Below, in pieces: positions 1 to 12,909 of a stretch of 64,000 bases of DNA. Each line of letters opens with the position of its first letter. Within the stretch, counting starts at the first letter, position 1. The stretch lies in contig CM075991.1 in NCBI GenBank assembly GCA_038087875.1, forward strand, positions 10,170,001 to 10,234,000. The letters are read 5' to 3'. The notes below the pieces were generated by a model that saw only the letters and a program-made list of their open reading frames with translations, had not been told where the DNA came from and ran no database searches. This stretch comes from Malacoraja senta. Taxonomy: Eukaryota. The position numbers and the translations under genes were made by a program.

Positions 1-78
1 GAGAAACTCAGCGGGTGCGGCAGCATCTGTGGAGCGAAGGAAATTGGCAACGTTCCGGGCCGAAACCCTTCTTCAGAC
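1..78 (-). mobile_element. Penelope-like pseudo-LTR fragment with a degenerate hammerhead motif (cut by the window start)
   Basis: Matches the repeat GAGAAACTCAGCGGGTGCAGCAGCATCT...AACGTTTCGGGCCGAAACCCTTCTTCAGAC seen at 15329-15421. The GAAA box is mutated. Confidence 0.7.
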
Positions 79-270
79 AATATTTCCTCGGTTGAAGGCA
101 CTCTGGGTGACCTGGAGATTATTAAAGATACTGTAAAAATATAAATCTCTCATTTGGAGGGGAATTGTGGACCACTACTGCAAAGTAAGATTCAAGGGTG
201 TTAAAGTGGCGCAAACTTTCCCTTCTTCAGATTGAATTAGTGTGAAGAAGGGTTCCGACCCAAAACGCCT

Positions 271-641
271 CAATAGACAATAGACAATAGGTGCAGGAGT
301 AGGCCATTTGGCCCTTTGAGCCAGCACCGCCATTCAATGTGATCATGGCTGATCATCCCCAATCAGTACCCCGTTCCTGCCTTCTCCCCATATCCCCTGA
401 CTCCGCTATTTTTGAGAGCCCTATCTAGCTCTCTCTTGAAAGCATCCAGAGAACCTGCCTCCACCGCCCTCTGATGCAGAGAATTCCACAGACTCACCAC
501 TCTCTGTGAGAAAAAGTGTTTCCTCATCTCCGTTCTAAATGGCTTACCCCTTATTCTTAACCTGTGGCCCCTGGTTCTGGTCTCCCCCAACATCGGGAAC
601 ATGTTTCCTGCCTCTAGTGTGTCCAAGCCCTTAACAATCTT
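271..641 (-). mobile_element. CR1-clade LINE, 5'-truncated 3' end, (TATTGTC)n-tail subfamily
   Basis: ORF 363..920 ends KIVKGLDTLEAGNMFPMLGETRTRGHRLRIRGKPFRTEMRKHFFSQRVVSLWNSL...FKRELD, the typical CR1 ORF2 C-terminus. Microsatellite tail at 271-290. Confidence 0.9.
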
Positions 642-1182
642 AAGGGCCAAAACGCTTCCTGTCCATTCCCTCCACGGATGCTGCCTGACCAAAGCATAGT
701 GTTTTGCTGAAGATGACGGCGTGTACTGCAATTCCTTCCTACACACGGCATGTATATTGTTCCACGAGCCTGTGCTGTTATCCACCATCGTTCTGCCTAA
801 ATGCAGAAGTGGAGGCGCTCCAAAACTCTGTACTACTAAAATGTTAACTTCCCCATTAGATTCCTGGCCGCTGCCTCTAGCCCTCGTCTTACTTCTGAGA
901 TCATCCTCTCCAACTTTCACCGTTTCTCAGAGTTCAAATCAAAGTAATTGGCAAATTTGATACATTGTCAATAGAAGCTTTTTCCGAGAAAAAGTATTTC
1001 AGATTTCAAAGAACATAGAAATGTTCAGGAAATTCCAGTTACAATGTTACAGGCAGGGTCATAGGCGCTATCCAGATATCACAAAGATAAAGGAACAGAG
1101 GAATAAGACAACAGATTAGTTTAGTTTACTGATACAGCGTGGAATCAGCCTATCAATAGCTCAGTCAAATATTCATACGAAA

Positions 1183-1636
1183 CAAAAATAAGCCCTTTGG
1201 CCCAACTTGCCCATGCGAACCAAGACACCCCATCTACACCCAGTCCCACCTGCCCCGTGTTTGGCCCATATCCCTCCAAACCTTTCCTAATCATGTATTT
1301 GTCCAAATGTCTTTTAAATGTTATAACAGTACCTGCTTCAACTATCTACTCTGGCAGCTCATTCCATATGCCCACCAGCCTCTGCGTGGAAAAAGTTGCC
1401 CCTCAGTGTCCTATTAAATCTTTCCCTCTGAGCCATCCTTCATCCCAAGTCCTCCGTTTCTTGATTTCCCTGCACTTGGGAAAAGACTCTGTGATTCGCC
1501 CGATCTCTTCCCCTCGTGGTGTAAAACAGCTCTATGCGATCACCCCTCACCCCCCCTGCGCTGCAAGGAATGGAGTCCGAGCCCACCCAAGCTCTCCCGA
1601 AAGGTCAGAGTCTTGTCCTGGCTACATCCTGGTAAA
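1183..1636 (-). mobile_element. Older CR1 (HER1-like) LINE 3' fragment
   Basis: Reverse strand shows degenerate CR1 3' motifs: TGGAATGAGCTGCCAGAG, CATTTAAAAGACATTTGGACA, GGATATGGGCCAAACACGGGGCAGGTGGGAC. Confidence 0.75.
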
Positions 1637-1723
1637 GTAGCTGTGCCCCCTGTGAAAGCCTGTTTATAAACTCCACTGCCTCACAGAATGGAGGGAGCAA
1701 GTAAAGTTGTGTAAAAAATGAAA

Positions 1724-2087
1724 CAATTAAAATGTGGATTATGGAAACGTCGGAGATCTTACACCTGGAAAGAATTACACATCTTAATGGACAAACAAGA
1801 ACTTTTTGTCAGAATATGGTCTCCATTTATCGACTATTTGAAGGGGTAGAATGGTTCGGCACGGAAACTGACAGAAGCCCGAGCTCAGGATTAGATGAAA
1901 AGTTATACGTAATAATCTTCAAACCTATCTCCAAAGTTGTAGTATTATTTTCTATCTATATAAAAAAAAAATATAGAAGCAGTTATTAAATAATTGACAA
2001 ATATTTGCAATGTATGATTGATATATATGAAATTTTTTATTATTACTTGCTTCTAATAAAACAAATTGTTTTAAAAAAACATTTTTT
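1724..2087 (+). mobile_element. L1-clade LINE, 5'-truncated 3' end with TSD
   Basis: Translates as KMWIMETSEILHLERI/(frameshift)/LMDKQELFVRIWSPFIDYLKG*, resembling the fish L1 ORF2 C-terminus. AATAAA and an A-rich tail follow. Direct repeat TAAAAAATGAAA at 1712-1723 and 2088-2099. Confidence 0.7.
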
Positions 2088-2280
2088 TAAAAAATGAAAA
2101 GCAACGGATGAGTCCCACGAAAAAAATCTCAGACTCAATGTTGAAACTTCACATCATCACCATTACCTACGTATATCGCCAGTGACCCGAGAGAACAACT
2201 TTAATATCTTGATGAACTGTAGAACCATTCAGGGATCATTTCAGATGCATAATCAGATTTGGTCTCAATGCCTGCACTAC

Positions 2281-2366
2281 GGTCTCAACCCGAAACGTCA
2301 CCCAATCCTTCTCTCCAGAGATGCTGCTGTCCACGCTGAGTTAACTCCAGCTTTTTGTGTCTATCT
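2281..2366 (+). mobile_element. Penelope-like pseudo-LTR fragment (partial hammerhead)
   Basis: GGTCTCAACCCGAAACGTCACCCAATCCTTCTCTCCAGAGATGCTGC...ACTCCAGCTTTTTGTGTCTATCT. Confidence 0.7.
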
Positions 2367-3281
2367 ATGCCATCGATTCTCCTTCTATGTCACAAACAAT
2401 CGAAAACAGCCCAGTTGTTCAGGTAATATCAGGTTGATATTCAATACAGGATCAGTGGTGCTGTTCTCCAAAGCAGCTTCATTTCATCTCTACAAGGCCA
2501 CCAACGCCTTCTTTGACCAGATGGCTGCCAAATGCCACATCTGCACCTCTTTTGGTATCTCCGAATTCACCAATTCATCAGCCTGCCAGCCTCTGCTGTT
2601 CATAGAGTCCAGCTGTTCAAAACTTCAGTTGCCTCCATGTAATACTGGACACCCAGCCTGGCCCTTCTCAACACCGACACCATCCCCTCATCCACCAACC
2701 CGGCACATTTGCAAATGCTGACCACCATCTAAAATTTCAGCCAAAGGCAACTCCCTTCCTCCTTCGTCCCTCTCTCCTCGCCCCTCTTTCCTCGCCCCTC
2801 TCTCCCCTCGCCCCTCGCTCCTCTCGCCCCTCTCCCACTGAACAGGCGCACAAAAGGAACAACAGGTGGCCACCTGCCCTTAACCCTGCCCTTCCATTCA
2901 GCATGCCCTTTGCTGGTCTCCCCCAAGACTCACCCCACCTTTGTGCCAGTTCCCCTCACGCTCAAAAAACAGTACCCAGCGGCACTTTAACTACTTCCTT
3001 CACAACTCTCATTGACAGAGAACTCGGAGAGTCACCACCCTCTGTGAACACCTATGCACCTCTGTTTTTAAATAACCAGTGCCTTATCTCAAAACTATGC
3101 TCCCTCATTGAGATTCTCCCACCCAGTGAAAGCTTTGTGATAGCACACTACCTCTCACTCGGCTGACACGCCTCTTGCCAGAACTCTGAGGGTCAGGAAC
3201 TCCAATTTCTATCATCTAAGATGTTGTTAAAACCTATTTATTCACCAATAGCCTGTGTTCGCGAATAAGGCACCACTGGGC

Positions 3282-3760
3282 GCTCAAAATGTGGATTGCA
3301 AGTATGTTGGATACCGCACATTTTGAGGAAATGCGATTCCTCCTAATAGATAAATTTGACCAATTCATAACGAGTTGGTCTCCATTTGTCGTCTTTTTGG
3401 AAACATATGGTGCAACACAGGTGTAAAAGCTAATCCCGTGACTGGGTGAGGAATGGTCAAGTATATAAATACGATCTCCTTACTTCTCTTTTCTTTTTCT
3501 TCTCTTTTCTTCTTTTACTCTTTTTCTTCTATTTTCTATTTCTTAACTTTCTTCTTTCACTCTCTATTTCTCTTTTTCACACACTATATATCTCACATTT
3601 TTCTATTCTTCATTATCTAATTTCTTTTTCTTTTTCTTCTTTATTACAAAATTTAAAAAATAAGAAGCTGTACATAAAATGTATTATGAAAATATGATTG
3701 TATACAATTGTACTTACTTCTAATAAAAATAAATAATTAAAATAATAAAAAAATAAATAA
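3282..3760 (+). mobile_element. L1-clade LINE, 5'-truncated 3' end with poly(A) tail and 15-bp TSD
   Basis: Translates as LKMWIASMLDTAHFEEMRFLLIDKFDQFITSWSPFVVFLETYGATQV*. T-rich 3'UTR, then an AATAAA/A-rich tail. Perfect TSD AAGGCACCACTGGGC at 3267-3281 and 3761-3775. Confidence 0.85.
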
Positions 3761-3919
3761 AAGGCACCACTGGGCTTCATTCACACTGCTGACTGCATGA
3801 CATGAAGCCCTTGGTGACTTCAATTCCCTCGTCTCATCGCTTAATAACTGGGAAGGCTATGGGCTTTGGTCCAATTCTTCTCCAATTAAGACCAAAACTT
3901 GCACAAATCGTTCCTTGGT

Positions 3920-4057
3920 CATGTATCTGTACACTGTAAATGGCTCGATAGTAATCACGTATTGTCTTTCCGCTGACTGGTTAGCACGCAACAAAAGCTT
4001 TTCACTGTCCCTCGGTACACGTGACAATAAACTAAACTAAACTAAACTAAAACTAAA
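3920..4057 (+). mobile_element. Rex1/Babar-type non-LTR 3' tail
   Basis: AAAAGCTTTTCACTGT.CCTCGGTACACGTGACAATAAA(CTAAA)n. The same tail recurs in reverse at about 7500, 36680 and 43740. Confidence 0.55.
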
Positions 4058-4226
4058 CACATCTGAAAAGTCAGCCCTTCCTCCGATGATAATTCCTTGC
4101 CCCAGTGTTCAGTTTAGTTTAGAGATACAGTGCAGAAACAGGCCCTTCAGCCCACCGAGTCTGCACCGACCAGCGATCCCCGCACATTAACACTACCCTA
4201 CACACACTAGGGACAATTTACACTTA

Positions 4227-5841
4227 CAGTGGCTTGCAAAAGTTTTCATACCCCTTGAACTTTTCCACATTTTGTCACGTTACAACCACAAACGTAAATG
4301 TATTTTATTGGGATTTTATGTGATAGACCAACACAAAGTGGTGCATAATTGTGAAGTGGAAGGAAAATGATACATGGTTTTCAAATTGTTTTACAATAAA
4401 AAACTGAAAAGTGTGGCGTGCAAAAGTATTCAGCCCCCCTGAGTCAATACTTTGTAGAACCACCTTTCGCTGCAATTACAGCTGCAAGTCTTTTGGGGTA
4501 TGTCTCTACCAGCTTTGCACATCTAGAGACTGAAATGTTTGCCCATTCTTCTTTGCAAAATAGCTCAAGCTCAGTCATGGATGGAGAGCGTCTGTGAACA
4601 GCAATTTTCAAGTCTTGCCAGAGATTCTCAATTGGATTTAGGTCTGGACTTTGACTGGGCCATTCTAACACATGAATATGCTTTGATCTAAACCATTCCA
4701 TTGTAGCTCTGGCTGTATGTTTAGGGCCGTTGTCCTGCTGGAAGGTGAACCTCCGCCCCAGTCTCAAGTCTTTTGCAGACTCTAACAGGTTTTCTTCCAT
4801 GATTGCCCTGTATTTGGCTCCATCCATCTTCCCATCAACTCTGACCAGCTTCCCTGTCCCTGCTGAAGAAAAGCATCCCCACAGCATGATGCTGCCACCA
4901 CCATGTTTCACAGTGGGGATGGTGTGTTCAGGGTGATGTGCAGTGTTAGTTTTCCACCACACATAGCGTTTTGCATTTAGGCCAAAAACTTCAATTTTGG
5001 TCTCACCTAACCAGAGCACCTTCCTCCACATGTTTGCTGTGTCCCCCACATTGGCTTGTGGCAAACTGCAAACGGGACTTCGTATGGCTTTTTTTCAACA
5101 ATGGCTTTCTTCTTGCCACTCTTCCATAAAGGCCCGATTTGTGGAGTGCACGACTAATAGTTGTCCTGTGGACAGATTCTCCCACCTGAGCTGTGGATCT
5201 CTGCAGCTCCTCCAGAGTTACCATGGGCCTCTTGGCTGCTTCTCTGATCAATGCTCTCCTTGCCCGGCCTGTCAGTTTAGGTGGACGGCCATGTCTTGGT
5301 AGGTTTGCAGTTGTGCCATACTCTTTCCATTTTCGGATGATGGATTGAACAGTGCTCCGTGAGATGTTCAAAGCTTGGGATATTTTTTTATAACCTAACC
5401 CTGCTTTAAACTTCTCCACAACTTTATCCCTGACCTGTCTGGTGTGTTCCTTGGGCTTCATGATGCTGTTTGTTCACTAATGTTCTCTAACAAACCTCTG
5501 AGGCCTTCACAGAACAGCTGTATTTATACTGAGATTAGATTACACACATAGAGGACTCTATTTACTAATTAGGTGACTTCTGAAGGCAATTGGTTGCACT
5601 GGATTTTATTTAGGGGTATCAGAGTAAAGGGGGCTGAATACTTTTGCACGCGACACTTTTCAGTTTTTTATTTGTAAAAAAAATTGAAAACCATGTATCA
5701 TTTTCCTTCCACTTCACAATTATGCGCCACTTTCTGTTGGTCTATCACATAAAATCCCAATAAAATACATTTACGTTTGTGGTTGTAACGTGACAAAATG
5801 TGGAAAAGTTCAAGGGGTATGAATACTTTTGCAAGCCACTG
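4227..5841 (-). mobile_element. Full-length Tc1/mariner DNA transposon, Passport-like IR/DR family (copy 1)
   Basis: About 213-bp TIRs starting CAGTGGCTTGCAAAAG (4227-4439 and 5628-5841), each with an inner direct repeat GTGCAAAAGTATTCAGCCCCC. TA TSDs at 4225-4226 and 5842-5843. Internal transposase. Confidence 0.97.
4444..5461 (-). pseudogene. Tc1 DD34E transposase pseudogene (copy 1)
   Basis: ORF 5003..5461 (MKPKEHTRQVRDKVV...GRPPKL...ARRKPLL) plus ORF 4444..5064 (...FQQDNGPKH...SPDLNPIENLW...KGGSTKY). Lesions: +1 frameshift at about 5051, first catalytic D changed to G (WSDE to WLGE, 5005-5007), 3-nt deletion at about 4577. Confidence 0.95.
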
Positions 5842-5963
5842 TATACCAAGTATACAAACCCAAGCCAGTTAACCTACAAACCTGTTCGTCTTTGGAGAGT
5901 GGGAGGAGACCGAAGATCTTGGAGGAAACCCACGTGGTCACGGGAGAACGTATAGACTCCGCA

Positions 5964-6330
5964 CAGACAATAGACAACAGGTGCAGGAGTAGGCCATTTG
6001 GCCCTTCGAGCCAGCACCACCATTCAATGTGATCATGGCTGATCATCCCCAATCAGTACCCCGTTCCTGCCTTCTCCCCATATACCCTGACTCCGCTATC
6101 TTTAAGAGCCCTATCTAGCTCTCTCTTGAAAGCATCCAGAGAACCTGCCTCCACCGCCCTCTGAGGCAGAGAATTCCACAGACTCGCCACTCTCTGTGAG
6201 AAAAAGTGTTTCCTCGTCTCCGTTCTAAATGGCCGACCCCTTATTCTTAAACTGTGGCCCCTGGTTCTGGACTCCCCCAACATCGGGAACATGTTTCCTG
6301 CCTCTAGCGTATCCAAGCCCTTAACAATCC
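5964..6330 (-). mobile_element. CR1 LINE 3' end inserted in a SINE
   Basis: ORF 6053..6316 DTLEAGNMFPMLGESRTRGHSLRIRGRPFRTETRKHFFSQRV...; (TATTGTC) tail. Confidence 0.9.
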
Positions 6331-6419
6331 TATACAGTACCCATAGTCGGGACCGAACCTGGGTCCCTGGCGCTGCAAGGCAGCAACTCTACCGCTGTGC
6401 CACCATGCCGCCAGATCTA

Positions 6420-6680
<261 letters not shown>

Positions 6681-6689
6681 TCAAGATAG

Positions 6690-7414
6690 TTGTGGACTTC
6701 AGGAGGGGGAGGAGGAAGACTCAAGCTACACCAATCACCATTAAGGGCACTGAGGTGGAGGTGGTCGCTAACCACAGGTACCTTGGTGTGCAGCTTGACA
6801 GGGAGCTGGACTGGAAGTGTCATATGGAGGCGGTGTACAGGAAGGACAAAGCCGACTGTATTTTTTTAAGGAGGCTGAGGGCATTTAACATCTGCCAACC
6901 CCTACTGTGCAGTGTCTACCATTCAGTGGTGGCCAGTGCTCTGTTTTTTGCGGTGGCCTGTTGGGGAGATGGCGCTCGCATAGCGGACAAAAACAGACTG
7001 GACAAACTGATCAGGAAGGCCGGCTCAGTGGTCGGGGCTGAGCAACGAACGGTCCAGCAGGTGGCAGAGGCCAGATCACTGAAAAAACTGGTTTCTATAA
7101 TGACCAACCCCACTCACCCACTCCATGCCCTGAAGGTGATCAAGAGCAGCAGCTTCAGTCAGAGACTGATTGCACCAATGTGCAAAACGGAGAGACATAG
7201 GAAGTCCTGCTTACCAGCTGCGATAAGATTATACAATGCGCATAAATAACTGCACTTTTTTTTTTTTTTTAAATTAATTGTATTTTAACTTGTATTTTAA
7301 CTTGTATTTTAACTTTTAAGTATGGAAGCTATTTGTGGTGTTATGTATGTCTTGAAGCTGTCGTGGCATTGTAATTTCCTGCAAAGGATTATTAAAGGTA
7401 TATCTATCTATCTA
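6690..7414 (+). mobile_element. Rex1/Babar-clade non-LTR retrotransposon, 5'-truncated (RT thumb and C-terminus)
   Basis: ORF 6692..7249 DFRR...VEVVANHRYLGVQLDRELDW...FLRRLRAFNI...VYHSVVASALFFAVACWG...HPLH...TERHRKSCLPAAIRLYN. (CTAT)n tail. Confidence 0.85.
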
Positions 7415-7551
7415 ACTCAATCTTCTGGTTAGAGACGGATGGGGGCAGTTTCACTTGGTTCAGCCCAGTGGTGTGACAAGTACGCTGTTCATTTCAGTTC
7501 AGTTTATTGCCACGGGTACCGAGGTACAGTGAAAAGCTTTTGTTTGCGTGC

Positions 7552-8038
7552 TGCATCACAGTCTGGTACGGGAACTGTTCTGCCCATAGCCGCAAATCAC
7601 CACAGGGAGTGGTGAAGGCGGCACAGCACATCATTGGCAACCGTCTCCTGGCCATTCAGGACATTTTCCACCGGCGGTGCCCTGCGGAAGGCACACAGCA
7701 TCATCAAGGACCACAACCACCCAGCACCCAGACTGTCCTCCTTGTTACCGTCAGGCAGACGATACAGGAGCATGGCTGTACGTACCACCAGACTTAAGAA
7801 CAGTTTTTATCATCATGCCATTAGGCTTCTGAACTCATAAACACATCATATATGTTGATTATTTTATTTATTATTGTCTTCTACCGACTAATGTCACTTT
7901 TATCGTATCTTCTTTTTACCTTAATTTTATCCTTGTAATATCATTGCTGAGGTGACCCGTTGTCTTGTCTAACACATCTCATTGTACCGTTGACCCTGTG
8001 TTAACCAACATATGACAAATAAAACTGAACTGAACTGA
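7552..8038 (+). mobile_element. Rex1/Babar-clade 3' fragment (second subfamily)
   Basis: CITVWYGNCS...VVKAAQHIIG.../LRKAHSIIKDHNHP...LLPSGRRYRSM...RLKNSFYHHAIRLLNS*. Tail AATAAAA(CTGAA)n. Confidence 0.85.
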
Positions 8039-8069
8039 TCCAGTCAGCGGAAAGACAATACTTTGTATT

Positions 8070-8860
8070 TCCGCATCACAGCTTGGTTAGGGAACAGCTC
8101 TGTCCAAGACCGCAAGAAATTGCAGAGTGTTGTAGACGTAGCCCCAGTCCACCACACACAGACCAAACTCCACAACATTGACTCAATTTACACTTCATGC
8201 TTAGTTTAGTTTAGTTTAGTATAGCGATACATCACGGAAACAGGCCCTTCGGCCCACCGGGTCCGCGCCGACCAGCGATCCCCGCACATGTACACTATCC
8301 TACACCCACTAGGGACAATTTTTACATTTACCAAGCCAATTAACCTACAAACCTCTACGTCTTTGGAATGCGGGAGGAAACCGAAGATCTCGGAGAAAAC
8401 CCACGCAGGTCACCGTACAAACTCCGCACAGACATCACCCGCAGTCGGAATCGAACCCGGGTCTCCGGCGCTGCATTCCATGTAAGGCAATAACTCTACC
8501 GCTGTGCCACCATGACCTGCTCGGAAAAACCAGCCAACATAATCAAAGACTGGTCCCACCCTGGTCATTCCTCCTGCTCTCTGTTCCCGTCCAGCAGAAG
8601 GCACAGAAGCTTGAAAGCACGCACCACCAGACTCAGGAAAGAGCTCCTTCCCTTCTATTATACGACTACGGGACAGTCCTTCCATAAGCTAGGAAGCTGT
8701 CCAATTAACCTCAAGCTATTGAGGACATTAGACTATGGAACTGATACATTACAATGTGCTACAATGCTGAGAGCTATATTCTGCATTCTGTATTTTCCCC
8801 CTTGGCTCTATCTATTGTACTTGAGTTTGAACTGATTGTATCTATGGACGATATATCTGA
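8070..8860 (+). mobile_element. Degenerate Rex1/Babar fragment interrupted by the SINE at 8201-8513
   Basis: ITAWLGNSSVQDRKKLQSVV before the SINE; ANIIKDWSHPGHSS...PSSRRHRSLKARTTRLR after it. Confidence 0.7.
8201..8513 (-). mobile_element. tRNA-derived SINE (HE1/V-SINE-like)
   Basis: Pol III A box TGGCACAGCGG and B box GGTTCGATTCC on the minus strand; (CTAAA)n tail. Confidence 0.85.
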
Positions 8861-8861
8861 T

Positions 8862-9185
8862 TAGTTTAGTTTTGTTTAGAGATACAGCGTGGAAACAGGC
8901 CCTTCGGCACACTGAGTCCACACCGACCAGCGATCCACGCACATTAACGCTCTCCTACACACACGAGGGACAATTTTGCATTTTATACCAAGCCAATTAA
9001 CCTACAAACCTGTACATCTTTGGCGTGTGGGAGGAAACCAGAGATCTCGGAGAAAACCCACGCGGTCACGGGGAGAATGTACAAACTCCGTACAGATAAC
9101 ACCCATACTCGGGATGGAGCCTGGGGTCTCTGGCGCTGTAAGCGCTGCAAGGCAGCAACTCTACAGCTGCGCCATCGTGACGCCC
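8862..9185 (-). mobile_element. tRNA-derived SINE
   Basis: Same consensus as the other copies. Confidence 0.85.
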
Positions 9186-9386
9186 ACGTTTGGAAATGAA
9201 GCTTTTCACTGCACCTTGATACATGTGACAATAATAAACCTAATCCAAAAATCGTTGAGGTTTCTCAATGACAAAAGCACCCATAGACTTCACACCCACG
9301 AGAATGAAATGCAGCAGAAACAGAAGTGGGGCGGGAAGACTCAGCACAGTTTAAGACTATTTGCGTAACAGAAGCACTTTTAGCTG

Positions 9387-9571
9387 ATAGACACATAAAG
9401 CTGGAGTAACTTACTCAGCGGGTCAGACAGCATCTCTGGAGGAAAGGATTAGGTGACGTTTCGGGTCGAGACCCTTCGTCAGATTGAAGAGCGCTCTCTG
9501 ACCCGCTGAGTTACTCCAGTTTTTGTGTCAATCTTCGGATTAAACCAGCATCTGCAGTTCCTTCCTACACA
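9387..9571. mobile_element. Fold-back Penelope pseudo-LTR module with an intact hammerhead core on the minus strand
   Basis: Inverted arms (GACACATAAAGCTGGAGTAAC...GTTACTCCAGTTTTTGTGTC). 9455-9482 reverse complement is CTGACGAAGGGTCTCGACCCGAAACGTC. Confidence 0.75.
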
Positions 9572-9909
9572 TCTTTAGTTGCTCATAGCAGTCATCTGAA
9601 AACTCGTTCCAAACTCAATTGAACCCATTTTGTTTACTTTGACTGCATTCCCAGTCAGAGGAAGCAGCTAATCTGAACTACCCAAATCCCTTCTCTGCAA
9701 AGCACCATCTCTTGCACCTCTGTGGATGTTTTCTAAATGCGCATTTTGTAGACTAATGTTTTGTCTTTTTTTAGTCTCTCTGTAGTCTTTTTGTCCTTTT
9801 CTCTGCATCGTGTCATTTGTGTACACATATTTTAGCGTGCTGTCTACGCCTACGCGCCCAACACGCTTCTGTGAGCATCATTTCACCACACTTGTGTATG
9901 CGACAATAC

Positions 9910-10215
9910 GGGCGGCACGGTGGCACAGCGGTAGAGTTGCTGCCTCACAGCGCCAGAGACCCGGGTTCGATCCTGACCACGGGCGCTGTCTGGGCGGAGT
10001 TTGCACGTTCTCCAAGTGCCCGCATGGCTTTTCTCCAGGATCTCCAGTTTACTCCCACACTCCAAAGATGTACAGGCTTGTAGGTTAATTGGCTCGATAC
10101 AAATGTGAATTGGAATCTAGTGTGCGAAGGATAGCATTAATGTGCGGGGATTCGCTGATCGGTGCGAATGGCCTGTTCCCGAAGGATAAGCTGTATCCCT
10201 AAACTAAAACAAACT
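9910..10215 (+). mobile_element. tRNA-derived SINE
   Basis: GGGCGGCACGGTGGCACAGCGGTAGAG...GGTTCGATCC (A and B boxes), conserved body, CTAAA tail. Confidence 0.85.
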
Positions 10216-10751
10216 AATAAACAGGACTTGACTTGGTAACCAGTAACTCCAGTTTCTGAGGTCACTCAGTCTCACCGGGAACTGTATCATCATTGCTGCA
10301 AGGTTTTTCCCCTCCCCAAGCAATGACCTAGATGATTATCACACATACCGACCTAGGGGCAAGGAATCAGTCAGTGTAAACAATATGCATCATGTACGTC
10401 AGACATGCTCAGCTATCAATAGCTAGGATTACCACCTAGAATCAAGCAGAGCTGTGAACACCACTGGAGTGAGTGATTCAGCTTTCTTCAACCTGCCACA
10501 AGACTAGAACCCACTTGCACGGAAACAAGAATGCTCACCTTCAAAGTAACGTCTTGACATTGTTCCTGCAAGGCCAAGTCAGCCAGTTCCTAATTAACCA
10601 AGTCTGAAGACCTGAAACGTCACCTGCCCGTTCCCTTTAAAAAATATCGTCTGACTTGCATTGTGTGCAAGTAAGATCCTCAGTAAGATGGAGACACAAG
10701 ACACTGCAGCCTGCTGGAACCTGGCGCAAAAAAGCATCTCAGTGGGTCGAG

Positions 10752-11327
<576 letters not shown>

Positions 11328-12079
11328 GAGAGTGAGATAGGGGGTGGGGCCTATCCTACCACTGATTGCTGTGCTCACCAAGTCATTGGGTATTTTTAAA
11401 GCAGAGGTCATCAGTTTCTTGATTAGTAAGGGTGTCAAAGGTTATGGGGAGAAGTCGAGAGAATGGCGTTGAGAGGGAAAGATACATCAGCCATGGCTGA
11501 ATGGCGGAGTAGACTTGAATGGCCAAGTGGCCTAATTCTGCTCCAATGACATGAGTAAACGGCAATCAGAAGCCAACACGGAGGCCGTTTCCTCATTCTA
11601 AACCTACAAAACTGGGACAGATTGGAAGGCGGAGACATGAGGAACTGCAGATGCTGGAATCTTGTGCAATAGACAAAGTGCTGGAATTAGTTCTGGAAGG
11701 ATTGGACAGGTGACGTTTCAGGTCGGGACCCTTCGTTACGCTGACTGTAAGATGCTGGCCGACAGATGGTTTGGGAAGTTGGGGGATTAAATAGAAGTCT
11801 ACCCGGGAAAGGAATAGAGACTTTATCTTATGGTTCTCTCGTAAACTGTGATGCAAGTGATAAGCTCTCCAGACTTTGTTCCTAAGGGCTGTGGGATCAC
11901 ACAATATCCCGCTCCTGAGGCAAACACTTTAATCTTGGCTGACACAATTGAATTGTTGAGGGTATGCTGTGCTGTCAGAGATGACATCTTTTGTGGTCAA
12001 ACCGACCATGACTGATGAGTTGGCCCCAAGTTGGCTTCCCCCACCTAATCTCCTCCACATACTGAATGATTGGGTGGTC

Positions 12080-12450
12080 ATAGGTGCAGCAGTAAAGTTG
12101 CTGCCTCACAGCGCCATAGACCCGGTTTGATCCTGACCACGGGCTCTGTCTGTACGGAGTTTGTACGTTCACCCTGTCCCCACAAGGGCTTTCTCCAGGT
12201 GCCCCGGTTTCCTCCCAACATAGAGGAATGAATGAATGAATAAGTTTATTGGCCAAGTATATTCACATACAAGGAATTTGCCTTGGTGCTCCGCCCGCAA
12301 GTGACAACGTGACATACAGTGACAGTTAGAGGTTAATTGGCTTCTGTAAATTGTCCCCAGTGGGTAGGACAGCACCACTGCACGGGGTGATCGCTGGTCA
12401 GCGCGGACCCGATGGGTTGAAGGGCCTGTTTCCGTGATGTATCTCTAAAA
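12080..12450 (+). mobile_element. tRNA-derived SINE with an inverted Rex-type tail inserted at about 12226-12330
   Basis: SINE consensus on both sides. The insert (GAAT)n AAGTTTATTGGCCAAGTAT...GCCTTGGTGCTCCGCCC also occurs at 60300-60365. Confidence 0.7.
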
Positions 12451-12609
12451 GTCTACAAAAAGTTAAAAGAATTGGCACCCACAGCACCAAAGTTTTACAT
12501 AAGAAGTAGTAACAGAGGTAGGCCAACCCATCACCACTCAAGTCTGTTCCACAAGACTATTGCTCACTCATTCTGGATCACACTTTCCCATTCTCCTTCC
12601 ATGACCACT

Positions 12610-12909
12610 AAGTTTAGGTTAGAGCAACAGCATGGACACAGGCCCTTCGGCCCACCACGTCCGTGCCAACCAGTGATCTCCACACACTGGCTCTATCCAG
12701 CACGGACTAGGGACAATTTACAATTTTACCAAGCCAATTAGCGTACAAATCTGTACGTGTTTGGAGTGCGGGAGGAAACCGGAGTACCCGGCGAAAACAC
12801 ACGCAGGTCAGGGGGAGAACGTACAAACTCCGTACAGACAGCACCTGCAGTCAGGATTGAGCCTAGCTCTCTGGCGCTGTAAGGCAGCAACTCTACCGGT
12901 GTGCCACCA
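12610..12909 (-). mobile_element. tRNA-derived SINE
   Basis: Consensus match. Confidence 0.8.

Larger units (their letters stand above)
4111..6410 (-). mobile_element. tRNA-derived SINE (HE1/V-SINE-like), split into three pieces by a Tc1 and a CR1 insertion
   Basis: Tail at 4111-4226, body at 5842-5965, tRNA-like head at 6333-6410. The pieces join into the same consensus as the intact copies. Confidence 0.8.

Noticed and set aside
9910..9985. tRNA genes (A and B boxes here and at many other sites)
   Set aside because: Each continues into the conserved SINE body and LINE-derived tail, so these are SINE heads.
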